A stretch of 63,828 nucleotides of DNA, filler included, from Klebsormidium nitens (Eukaryota; Plantae; Klebsormidiophyceae), in assembly GCA_000708835.1 (NCBI GenBank). It is 3 parts of 3 records of this genome, joined end to end, with 100 filler letters (N's around TTAATTAATTAA, not from the genome) between each part and the next. Parts side by side here need not be neighbours in the genome. Positions count along the whole stretch, not along the records: positions 1 to 31,541 come from DF237757.1; positions 31,642 to 53,689 come from DF237900.1; 1 more part is not named here. One strand, 5' to 3'. The position numbers and the translations under genes are program-made. Within the stretch, counting starts at the first letter, position 1. Each line of letters starts with the position of its first letter. The notes under the pieces are model-generated. The model ran no database searches. It had not been told where the DNA came from and saw nothing but the letters and a program-made list of their open reading frames with translations. Below, piece after piece: positions 26,237 through 37,000 of the stretch.

Positions 26237-29200
26237 CTAGAGAGGAGTTGGGAGGGGAGCCGTTGTAGTAGTTCCGCCGGCTGGGGTTTGGACCGGGGGG
26301 GCTTCGGTTAAGACCGGGGCGGCTGTTGTAGGGACCGGGGCCTCTGTGGTAGGGACCGGGGCCTCTGTGGTAGGGACCGGCGCGTCCGTGGTAGGGACCG
26401 GCGCATCTGTGGTAGGGACCGGGGCGGCCGTAGTAGGGACCGGGGGGGCCGTAGTCAAGTCCGGGAAACCCGGGTTTGTCGGGGTTGGCGTCGAGTTGTG
26501 GGGAGTGGAGAACTGATCACTGCCGGGTCGGTTATGACGGTACCGTTTGATGGGGTGGGGATTGGGACTAGGGTGTCATTTGTTGGGGTTGGGAAGGGGG
26601 TTGGGGTCCCGGTGATGTTAATCATGTTCGTGGGCGTGGGGGTTGGGGTCCCGGTGATGTTGGTCGTGTTCGTGGGCGTGGGGGTCGGGGTCCCGGTGAC
26701 GTTCACGGGTGGGGGCTCGGTGACCACCGGCAGGCACAAGGTATTGGTGGTGGTCGTGGTGTTGACCCGCACGTTCGCTCTCCCGGGGACGGCGCACGTC
26801 GTCGTGTTGGTGACGGTACTGATCTCAGTCGTGTTGCACTGGGTGGTGTTGCCGACCAGGATGCTCGTGTTGGTGATGCGCGTGTCAGACACATCCCCTT
26901 CTCTGCAGGGGGGCTGGCCTACATTGATAATAATGATGACATTAATGACGTTGAGCGTCGTTGTGGACGAGGGCACGCCAGTGTAGGACCCGGGCACGCC
27001 TGCGGGCCCGGGCACGCCTGGGGGCCCGGGCCTGCCTGCGGGCCCCGGCTGGCCTACGATTGTACCGGGAGCCGGAGGAGGAGGGGGGGGCTGCAGGGAG
27101 GAGGAGAAAAAAGACTCAGATATGGACCATGAATCGGTTAAGCAGATCTTCAGTACTCTACTTTTTGGCATTTCCCGCGCAATCGTGAGATGAGGGGCCC
27201 GGAACGGGATGCTTCCGTACGAGGTTCCGTCCTCGCAAAGTAGTGAGGTGATCCGAGTCGCCTTTGTTGGCGGTTCAGTGATAGTCGTCACTGGTCAGCT
27301 AGACGATTCGCAGAATCAAACAGCTTTACTTTTAACAGACAATGTTCTGACAAATCAAAAGCTGCAACCGAACAGGCGGGCGTCGATTATTCCCAGCCCT
27401 ATTTCTACGGTACTCGCTTTGTCAGAGTCGATCTGCATCATCAGTACTCCGTTTGTCGGATCCGCTCAACAGGGTTGCGGACACACGCACCGGCGGGATG
27501 ATGTTGGTGTAGACGAGGCCTTCCTTCACGTAGTTCTTGGAGACATATGAAATCGAGATCACTGGATTGCCGATGGAGTACGCGCTGCTCCCAGGTGTGA
27601 CCGTTGCCAGGCACAGGATGGGCTGATAGTAGTTGACCAGCCCAATGAGAGGCAGCGACACCGGAATCGTCGAAAGAGTCACGTTCTGCAAGCGCGACCA
27701 GGAAACGTCACACAGCGGATAGACAGCCCATATCAAAGGATCTGCTCGAAGTTGATACTCAACGAGATCTTCCTCGGTGGTGAATCTCAGAGAGTGAATT
27801 CGGAAAAGATGTTTGGGCGAGAATACCTTGAGCTTAAACTGGAGATGTTGAGCTCAAAGTTACGATCTCATGAATCGAGATTCCCTCAACGAGGAACATA
27901 GCGGAATCCACTACAGCCATCACGTGAAGCTCTTTCTGTCTCTGTGCCTGCAAGCATCAAAGCACGACCTTCCGAGTCAAGGCCGTCGAATCTTGTGCAG
28001 AATTCCGACGCCCGAGTCATGAGGTATGTTGGTCAAACGAGGCAGTTAGATTCCTCGGTCTCCTGCCCGGCCAACCGGCTGACCTACCGAGACCTGAAGT
28101 CCAAGAGCAAACCAGAAAATATCGGCGTCGATAGCAAGCTGCTGACGTTGCGTAACTCTGCAGCAACTTAAACGAACCTGTGCACTGAATATCGAGGCTT
28201 GCCACCTTTGCTAACGGGCTTCAAAGCAGAAAAGGTCTCACCCTCCATACTGCGCTGTGCCCATCAGCTGAGACCACTGACGGATAGGTCGGACCAGAGG
28301 GTGAGGTTGTCCTCGTGGTGGGGAGGAATCCCCGGCCCAGTGGGTTAGGGTCGCAACCCCGGGTAGGGTCCGCCCACAGGCGTCCCAAGCGGATAGGGGG
28401 GGCTGCTAACCGGGGTGGTGCAGCCGGGGCTTGCAATAGTGGCGCCCGGCACGATGATATAAGCGTCTGCATTGATCAGAACTTGAATTAGCAGTGCAGA
28501 GCCCAATGGAAAATAGTGCTCAGACTCAACTAATAAAGGACAAAAGGAGTTGGGCAGAGACTCGAGGTTCATAGTGATTTGACAGGACACGAAACGAGGC
28601 GGTTGACCTCTCATAGGAACGTCTGTTTCCAGCCAGTAGGTGCCGCTTTCGTTAGGGTTGTAGAGCCAAACAGCAGCAAATGCCCTTGTACGTAGAGCAA
28701 GGGGGATTCGACACATTGTTGAAGTAGATTTTTCTTCATCAACGTTGATTTTGCCAATGACGAATTGCCAGGAATCAGTCTTAATTATCGAACACATGAT
28801 GGGTCCGAGCTTCTCACATAGCAACAAATGCCGTTGCACATGGAGCAAGGGGGACTTGACACCTACTGAAGTAGAAGATTCTTAATCTGACGTTAATTTT
28901 GCCAATGACAGGCTACAAGGACTGAGTCCTGTTAATCAACAAAACAACTGGTTTGAACTTCTCAAATAGCAGTAACTGCTCACATTGCCCACAGAGCAGA
29001 GGGACTTGACATGTGTTAAGGTGAATCTCCACATTATGGCAGTTTGCTTGATGCAATAGTTGTACACAAATCCAGAACATGCCTTGCTACTGTCAAAAAG
29101 TCTGAACATGGTGGAGTTTGCCAACGACAAGCTAGACATATAGAATTGAGACATAAACATTGAAGAAATAACTGGGCAGTAACCTTGTCAAAAGTCCAAA

Positions 29201-29998
29201 TTCTTCCTGAGTAGGTAAGCTGGACACATAACCAACTTTCAAGCAGCACAGGGATCCCTGGCCCCTAACCATTGATGGCGGGCCGACCATGGGCTGGTTA
29301 AGAAGTGATTACATGGCTAACAACCAGACCTAGGCAGTAACGCCTCAGAAAAAGGTCAAAGCCTGGTTGCTTGATCAATAAATTGAAACTTAACTATGAT
29401 AACCAGCCTGATTAGCAGCTGAGACTTTCTTGTGCAGCCCATGATGAACCTCGGAGAATTGCCAGAGACCTTTCTAGAATAAAGTTGGGGTTGCTTGGAT
29501 TGGTTGCTCACCGCTGCAAGTGATCGAGAGCGTCACATTGGCCGGAGTCGACCTGTTGTTTGAGAGCAGAGTGGTGAACTGGAGATAGCCCCCAATAGGA
29601 ACGGGGCCTGCTGCCGCCACAAACTGCAAAACGAGATATCCTTCAAGGTAAGGCAATTGTCTTCAGCAGGCTAATAGCTCAATTAGTGAATCTGTAGATT
29701 GAAGCAGTCCAAAGGGCAGCCAGTCACAGCATCCCCTCCCTAACAATTGGGACCTGGAAGCCCATATGGAATTATCACCAATACAGCGGACTTCAAATCC
29801 AGAAAGATTTGCCCCAGCAAGTATTGCACTCAGCTAACAGGGCGCAAACAATGCAAGCAATGAGAGTGTCTGCAAGATGTTGCTCATCCAGGATTGCTCA
29901 TTCACGTTATTAATTATTGCCTTGTCAAACAAACATATGTTTTGGGGGGCAATTGAAGAGCAGTAACCTCTCACATCAATGTTGATGGTACTCGCCAT
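26237..29998 (-). CDS. Secreted-type Pro/Thr-rich glycoprotein with a short collagen-like Gly-X-Y tract and a mucin-like tail; 5' exons uncertain; one apparent frameshift near 26525
   Basis: Phase-compatible exons: ~29604-29508 FVAAAGPVPIGGYLQFTT...TCS; ~28466-28410 DAYIIVPGATIASPGCTTP; ~27687-27492 NVTLSTIPV...YTNIIPP; from 27090 PPPPPPAPGTIVGQPGPAGRPGPPGVPGPAGVPG...NTTQCNTT...TGTPTPTPTN; tail (PTTEAPV)n ending at 26237. Candidate start gccATGG at 29998 followed by a hydrophobic stretch (low certainty). Confidence 0.65.
26300..26458 (-). repeat. Coding minisatellite: 21-bp unit x about 7, encoding PTT(A/D/E)APV
   Basis: Plus-strand unit GTAGGGACCGGGGCCTCTGTG and variants repeat head-to-tail. 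Upstream (26595-26705) is a separate repeat, NITGTPTPTPT x3. Confidence 0.9.
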
Positions 29999-31220
29999 GG
30001 CACTTGTGCGTCGGCCATAAAAGCTGTTGACAGCAGGATTGCTCCCAGTATGCTTGCAAACACGTTCAAAGTACTCCCTCGCGGCGCCATCGTGTTGCGC
30101 TCTGCGGTGGACTGGTGGACTCAGGGCGGTGGACTGTGAGCGCCGGGCTTAGGCGTTGCGAATGCTCCCTTATTGCTACTTTCGCATGCCAGAGCGCGGT
30201 AGCTTTTGCCAGGCAGGTGCTCGACTGCCCTTCCAGACTTATGGTCAATTGCGGTCAGGATTGCTTTGATAAAAGCAGGACTTTGCGTAAAGTCCGCAGC
30301 AGGCCTGCTAGCCAAATAGTACTGTGGCGGCTCAATCTGGGAAGCCCAGTTGAATCTTGCCAGGAAAGATCCACTTAGAGTCACAGCGGCGGGTTGCTCC
30401 CCCAGGTACCCCCGTCCGTCATGCCACAGGCCACAGCTACTCACTGCTGAGCTCCTCCCCCCTACGCGAAGGCTCCAACAGACTGATCATACACTGCATG
30501 GTGACTAGGTACTTTGTCGGTCCACTTCCGCCCGCACGCGCTGGTCAAACGGGCACATCATGATCATTAATTGCTCTGCGACAGGACTGGTAGAGCCCCA
30601 GACTCCCAATGCTCCTGTGACGCGTGCTGCCGCCTCACTAGCTGGTTAGTAGCTCACGCACGGGGAACGTTGACGTTAGCGGGAAATTAGTCACTTCAGT
30701 GTGCGTTGCTGCGTTGCGCTGCAGGTGCGCTGCGTTTAAAGGTACCTACCATCTGCATAATGCAGCTAGCGCGTCTTCAGGGCAGGGCCGGTCTCCCATG
30801 CACGGAGTTTTCGTCGTGGCCGGCCACCTGCCGGTGCCCCCCCGGCCGAGTTCTGTCGGCTCGGTAGTCGGCCGTTCGCTTTATACCCGGCCGGCTGAGG
30901 CCCCCGGCCAAATGCCTGCATTTTCTGCTGGCGGGGTGCCTCGGCCGGGGTGCCACCTTTGATGAGCCTGATCAGGGGCCGAGTATGCATTGGCCTTGTC
31001 ATGCTTAATAATGTATCTCAGGCTCTGCCAATCATAGTCATGACGCTTACCTGTCCAGCCAAATGGCAAGCAGTTGGCGACAGTCGACTCCTGAGTCTTG
31101 GTATCACGTGGTTTGTTTGCATGCGCAATAACTCTTGGTGCCAAGGTGTCGGCGGTCGCCTATGGTGTCGACATTAATGTTGACATTGTCGGCTGTGCAA
31201 GAAACGTATTGGCAACTCCC

Positions 31221-31391
31221 TTGTCTCCTAAGGGGCTTGTCTCCTAAGATTCAGAAGCCCCGGGCAACACAATCAAAAACCCTTAAACCCAAACATTACG
31301 CGCTCCGCACCCGTACCCACCCTAACCACCAAACCAACCCTACCCGTCCCCCGGGCTTTGAACCTTAGGAGACAAGCCCCTTAGGAGACAA
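31221..31391. mobile_element. 171-bp inverted-repeat element (possible mini-MITE)
   Basis: TTGTCTCCTAAGGGGCTTGTCTCCTAAGATTCAGAAGCCCCGGG (31221-31264) pairs with CCGGGCTTTGAACCTTAGGAGACAAGCCCCTTAGGAGACAA (to 31391). Each arm has an internal direct repeat of TTGTCTCCTAAG. The spacer is C/A-rich. No TSD seen. Confidence 0.6.
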
Positions 31392-31541
31392 ATATTGCAT
31401 GCCAGAAACTGTTTACAAAGGAACACTATCGACTAGATGTATCATCGAATCATCCTCCAGCCAATTCATCCACAAACCACAGTCGATCTTAATGTTGGGC
31501 GCGCCGGCCGCCGGCCGCTCCAAAGTCGGGCCGCCGGCCGC

Positions 31542-31641
31542 NNNNNNNNNNNNNNNNNNNNNNNNNNNNNNNNNNNNNNNNNNNNTTAATTAATTAANNN
31601 NNNNNNNNNNNNNNNNNNNNNNNNNNNNNNNNNNNNNNNNN
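31542..31641. other. Assembly gap with artificial TTAATTAATTAA linker
   Basis: 44 N + TTAATTAATTAA (31586-31597; stops in all six frames) + 44 N. An identical construct occurs at 53690-53789. Confidence 0.95.
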
Positions 31642-32216
31642 GAGGTGGTTGGGGGCGTTGAAAGGCACGTTTGGAGGCCCCTCAACCTATGACACAACAT
31701 GCTAGAGCAAATCGAGGCACGCGAGAAGTTGGCAAAACAAGCTGTATCCGCTGCAGGACCCCCTCGGCAAAACGGCCTCATAGAAAAAAATCCGAAAGAT
31801 AGAATCCGCTCGAAAGGCACGAAATCATCATTGGGGGCACGCTGGGATATCAAAACATTTTTTTGTAGCCCAACTTTTTAGGAGGTGTACCAAATACCAC
31901 CATGCTTTTCCGGAAATCCCAGAAAACTGCGCAAAACTGTTCTTTTGTGGAAAGCATGGTGGTATTTGGTACACCACCTAAAAAGTTGGGCTACAAAAAA
32001 ATGTTTTGATATCCCAGCGTGCCCCCATGATGATTTCGTGCCTTTCGAGCAGATTCTATCTTTCGGATTTTTTTCCATGAGGCCGTTTTGCCGAGTGGGT
32101 CGTGCAGCGAAAACTGCTTGTTTTGCCAACTTCTCGTATGCCTCGATTTGCTCTAGCATGTTGTGTCATAGGTTGACGGGCCTCCAAACATGCCTTTCAA
32201 CGCCCCCAACCACCTC
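31642..32216. mobile_element. Large foldback element (arms of about 270 bp, loop of about 38 bp), truncated on the left by the gap
   Basis: 31642-31911 is the reverse complement of 31949-32216 with scattered mismatches. This is also seen as the mirror ORFs MLEQIEA(R/Y)EKLAKQAV on opposite strands. Confidence 0.85.
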
Positions 32217-33299
32217 GAAAAAACGGATTGCAAATCCATGAACTCTACATCAAGTTTTAGGGTTTTGAACATGCTCCCACTGTGGAATACCGTCTTACCA
32301 CCTGAAAGACTTGGAAATTGAATGCTACTGCAATTTAATTATCATAAATGTTTCAATTTTCTGCTTGGAATGCTGTTAAATGTGGCTGTTCCGGTTCCGC
32401 TCCGAAGTCCAATGTCCGCGATGAACAATATTAAGTTCCCGGAGGAGTCGAGATGGATCCTCGAGGGATCTCTTGGCAGCCTTAAGTTTCTGCTCAGTTT
32501 CTGCATACCGGTATGATGCATATGATGACGCTAAACTCGGCAGGGTATCATAGTATCTCGGCAGTCCACGTGGACATGGCAAGAGCAGGTGGACTTCACT
32601 AGACAGTTCCGAAGATCAATCCATGCGAACACAAGAGGCTTGAAACTCCTGCTATTAATTTACTCGGTGCATGTGAAGATCAATCGTATTCGGAAGCTCG
32701 TCTACATAGTCGCTTAGGGCCGACGGTGTTGAATTGATAGGTCTTGGCTCTTGAGCAATGATATTACGTCTCGGCTTGCCGACTCGATCTGTCCGTGGTC
32801 AACTAACAGTTGGACAAGAGCAGTTTCATGAATTCTGTAACCGCGCCATAGTCGAATTAAGCGAGGCGGATCTGACTTCATGCATCCAGCAATCGAGAAC
32901 ATGAAGACCATATGTTTCGAGAGGACATAAAAGCCAAGGGCAATTATTTCATGGCACGAACTTATCACACAATCGATCCTTCATTCACATTGGTCACGTG
33001 TCACTTGAAATGTATACTGACCGTTAACTTTCTTAGCTCAGACCCCGCCTTATTGGAGCCCAACAGGAATTGCATGCAGCAGAGTCACAAAGCTCTCACA
33101 TGATCAAGACGAGGCGCGCGCTTTTGTTGTATTGTACATCTTCCGTAGGCCTCATTTAGTAAGGGACCAAGAGTGTCACTCACCCTCCACAGCATTGGTT
33201 GCTGTGGTCGTACTAGCTAGATTGTACTGAAGTTAAGCGGTTGGAAGCACATTATCCAACCAGACGAAAGGCACTAACATTTTTATCGTCTTACTGACC

Positions 33300-36200
33300 G
33301 CGGGAGATAAGCAATAAGCAGCCAGCTTCTGATATGTTGCAAGGGAAATGTTCTTCCTACCGTCCATCGGGACCTGAAAAGCTCTTCCGGGCCGATGTCA
33401 AGCTCGTCCTACTTGAGAGCGCCCATCCCCGAGATTGACTTTCTTGGCCTCAATCTCTGCAAAAATCAAGCTTTCAGAAACCAATAAGATAGATTTATAC
33501 ACATGATATTACAGTAGTACCTTAGTTCGACGCTGGCATAGGTAGAAGGCCCGATCAGAGCACAAAGCTCTGGAGGCCTGCACTACAGCTACATCCGTTC
33601 GCCACCTCAGCCTTTAGTCACGAGGCGGAGTCAGCATTGCAGACACGTTTTGACCTTACAGTAGAAATGTACAGTAGGAACGCCGCTGGATTTCTGCTTT
33701 GAGCTCCTAACAATCACTTCGTATATGAGCCGACTCTTACTGCTCGACCCAGGCCGGCACCTAAGCTTCGCAGGCCGGAAGATCCCAGGCTCACATCACT
33801 CTCATCGAGCGAAGAAGAAAGCTTGAGAAATTTACACGGGATACGACGAAGAAAATAATACGCCTTCGGGCGTCTCTCCTCACCCCTCGCCACGAGCTGC
33901 TTCTCCGGAGTGCTCGTCGAGCAATGCGTCTGATGCATATTGGTCCTGCCTCCATGGAAGTAGTTGATGTAGTAGTTGTTGTTTGCTGGTTTCCCTGTCC
34001 TCTTTCAATGCGCACACTTACGGGGCCCGGTGATTGAATCCTCCAATTGTTGAATCCCTGCAGCCAAACCTAAGGACGTCAGTGCAACGCTGGCCCAGTG
34101 CAGGATGGCAAATTAGAAGCGTTGTCATGCCTGGCGAAAGCAAGAAGGGACAGCGCTCCTCATCCAGAAAGGATTCTATGAGCAATGTACATATCACGGA
34201 CCCGATCGCCGGAGCTCTTGACAAACCAAGGCGTTCCCGGGATCTTCAGTTGTAATCAGACACAGGGCGGACGCGGTGCATGATAACCGGTATGCATTGT
34301 CGTCTTTCCTTCTTCTCCAGAAAATGGGTGCCCAACCGCTCGCACGAGAGACGTCTGACCGAAATGAGGTACACCAAAAACGAAGTATGACCCGAGCTCT
34401 TACCGAGTCATCGCCTCCCCGTTTCGCTCTCGGTTCCACGTCGGAAGCCACGTCATCGCGCCTCCGTTACAAGCCTCGGCTCTTGTTCTTGGCCTGGCCG
34501 ATGTCCCACGCTCCCTCGGTCACCTGTCCCCGGCCCGATCGACGTCGTAGCTCGGGACGTGAGACACGTGGCGATCCCAGATGTCGTACGCTGAGTGCCC
34601 CTTCGACTCATAGTCCCGCCCAGCGCCGAAGGCTGGGCGCAACTCCGCACCTGCCCGATAGCCTCCCGGCTGCCAGCTGTGACTGTGTGGGGTCCTCTCC
34701 CTTGGCCGCCACATAGCGTTCTAGAAGTAGCTTGGGAACATGCCCCTAACTCAGCCCGGTTGCTTGATGGAGAAGTGGTCGCATTTGGATGAGATTCGTT
34801 TGCAGGATAAGGTTCGGAGGAAGTGTTAGGGGCGGCCGAGCTCCGAACCTAAGCATTGGAAACCAAAACATGCACCCGACTACTGTACCGACCAGCAGTG
34901 TATATAGCTGTTAGACCCGGAGCCTACCGTCGGTAGACATTTCACCGTGCGATTCGCGACCGGCCTAGCTCAAATCACTGGCAACAAATTGAATCGACAC
35001 CGGCCTCTACGAGTTATCGCGCTTTGATGTACGAATTGCGTGCCAACGTCATATTAAGTTTACACATACCGCAGAGGCTGAACCCCGCGACCGTACGGTA
35101 CCGCTGTTCGGTCTGACACGTTAGACCGTGAAGCATAGTTGGCGGGCTCTGCGCGCGCCGTGTGGCATAAAATAATATTATGCTCGTGTGGCCGTACGAT
35201 CGGGTGCACACTGTGCACGCGCAGCCACACTGTGCACGTGCGCAGAGTTTTTTGCCCCGCAATTGACACTACTTTCTGCCTGCTGTTCTGGTAAGGCACA
35301 TTTGCACCGTCGATGAAGCTTTTGACGGCTAAAACTACCTTATCCTGCGCGGCAATCCAATTTGAAATCTGCAGTGGTGGCTTCTACGGCCTCCGAGTTA
35401 GGGGCATGGTCGCGCGCTACTTCTAGAACGCTATGCAGTCGTTGGGTGACGTTACCCGCTGCCTCGGGGTAGCGCGTGATGCCTGCCAGGAGCCGTAGTA
35501 CTCTGTTGCACTCACTCCGTCAATTCGAGAGCGGCCCCAATTCTCCCATGTGCGGGTCCAGGGACGCCCCGTGTGTGCTTCGCACTCCCCGCCCCGTGGA
35601 GAGCACCCGGCTCTTTCCTCTTCCGTTCACTCTGCTCCCCAGAATCACGTCCAAGACCGGTGTACTCCCTTCCCCCGTGCCTTGACGCCCAACCCGACCG
35701 CCTCCCTCCTTCGTTCAGCTTATCATCACCCGGCCAGGTCGTCTCAATCGGTTTGCTGAGCGTGGGCTTGAGCGGTGGGGCCTGCTCGTTGCATCGCAGT
35801 GCTTTTTGGGGTAGGGAGGCGAGGGAGTTCATGGGGAGCTCTCCAAGGATCTATCGGGGGCCGGCGGCGAAGGCGTCGGCCGGGAGTGAGGGGCCAGCTG
35901 GCATGCCCAACTGCGGGTCCAGGTCCGTGTCAACTTCTTGGCTGTTGAAACGAGCTACAGGTGTCGGTCGAGTTCAAGCTTAAGTTTGAAAAGCAAGGAC
36001 GAATCATTGGCTTTCTGGGCATGGGCAGGCAGTTTGACTTCTTCTTAGTAACAAATTTGGCGCTTTCACAGCATGAAACGAGTATGGCCGACGAGATGAA
36101 GGAACCTGATCATGTACAACTACGACTTTGCATGCTATGAGCTGTTGGGTCAGATACAAGGGCTGACTTCTATAAACCTCAGAGGTCAGCGAATGCATTT

Positions 36201-37000
36201 GTGGATGAAGAAAGCATGCAAAACGTGAAGATCTGCAGACTAAGCAACCGAGCCTCACTGACGAATGAAAGCAGAGGCAGAACGTTCTTGAGGAAGGCCT
36301 CAGGATCTTTCCAAAATCAAGAAAGATCAAGAAACGTAGCATGCGCTGCAACACAAGGTTTTGAGTTAGAACAGTGTCAATTACCCCGTTTCTGTGCGCG
36401 AACACAACAGTGAGACCCACAAGTGAAGATGAAAGACGCCTTTCACGGGTCCAAAGGAGTGGTTCTGACTGCTTGGTTCAAAAGCAGTCAGAGCTTGTGT
36501 CCCTTCTGAAAGTCAACAGGTGGCAATCGCCAGGTCGAAATGGGGCTAGACAATGACTCATTCTCGCTGACCTGCTGCTTGACCGGCACGTGAAGACACT
36601 CTCTGACTCTCCGACCTCGCCGAGGCTACTGCCGTTTGTCTGCTGTCCAAAACAGGATCCGCCATATCTGACAGTCTCCACAGTGTGCACGCCGACGGAT
36701 TGTTGTTGTCCATGTTGACATTGCTCCTCTCGGAATTGCCAAGCGATCTGAGATAAGCAAGCACTTAAGGTCAGAGTGTATATTGCGATACCTGTTACAC
36801 GTGTCCAGTGATTTTGCGGCCCTAGATTGGCGCATCAAGGAATTCAAAAGTTGATGCGGTAGGTTTGCTCTGCTCCAGGCTACTCACATGGGGGATCAGT
36901 TATCAATGGTTTGATGCTTCCCTCCCTTGACTAAGGCAGCAATCTTTTACTGGTGCTTCTGTGCACATCACTCCAAGGCAGGGCCTGTTAAACTTCCAAG
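33300..37000 (-). pseudogene. Disrupted paralog of the unknown gene at 48.6-52.8 kb
   Basis: Colinear homology of exons and introns with 49.9-52.8 kb: RSLGNSERSNVNMD/RSLGNFGGSNVSID; FGQQTNG/FGQQTYG; GMPAGPS; WRPRERT...WQPGGYRAGAELR/WQPDGYQAGAELR; EPRAKRGGD; GFNNWRIQ; DIGPEELF/DISPEEFL. Lesions: CAG>TAG stop near 35852, frameshifts, and a 724-bp TIR insertion. Confidence 0.8.
34712..35435. mobile_element. Non-autonomous DNA transposon, 724 bp, with 20-bp perfect TIRs and a 2-bp (CA) TSD
   Basis: CATAGCGTTCTAGAAGTAGC (34712-34731) and GCTACTTCTAGAACGCTATG (35416-35435). Additional subterminal inverted blocks are CATGCCCCTAACTC and GCAGGATAAGGT. CA lies at 34710-34711 and 35436-35437. Removing the element plus one CA restores colinearity with the paralog at ~51455-51470. 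Confidence 0.88.

Noticed and set aside
26498-26986. 162-aa Val/Gly-rich hydrophobic ORF on the + strand
   Set aside because: It is the antisense shadow of Thr/Pro codons (ACN/CCN give NGT/NGG) of the real minus-strand gene.
31586-31597. Palindromic TTAATTAATTAA between N runs (also at 53734-53745)
   Set aside because: An identical construct with symmetric 44-N flanks occurs at two gaps, so it is a scaffolding linker, not biology.
31699-32159. Two near-identical ORFs MLEQIEA...KLAKQAV on opposite strands
   Set aside because: They are a by-product of the foldback arms. They are short, differ by a frameshift and have no domain.
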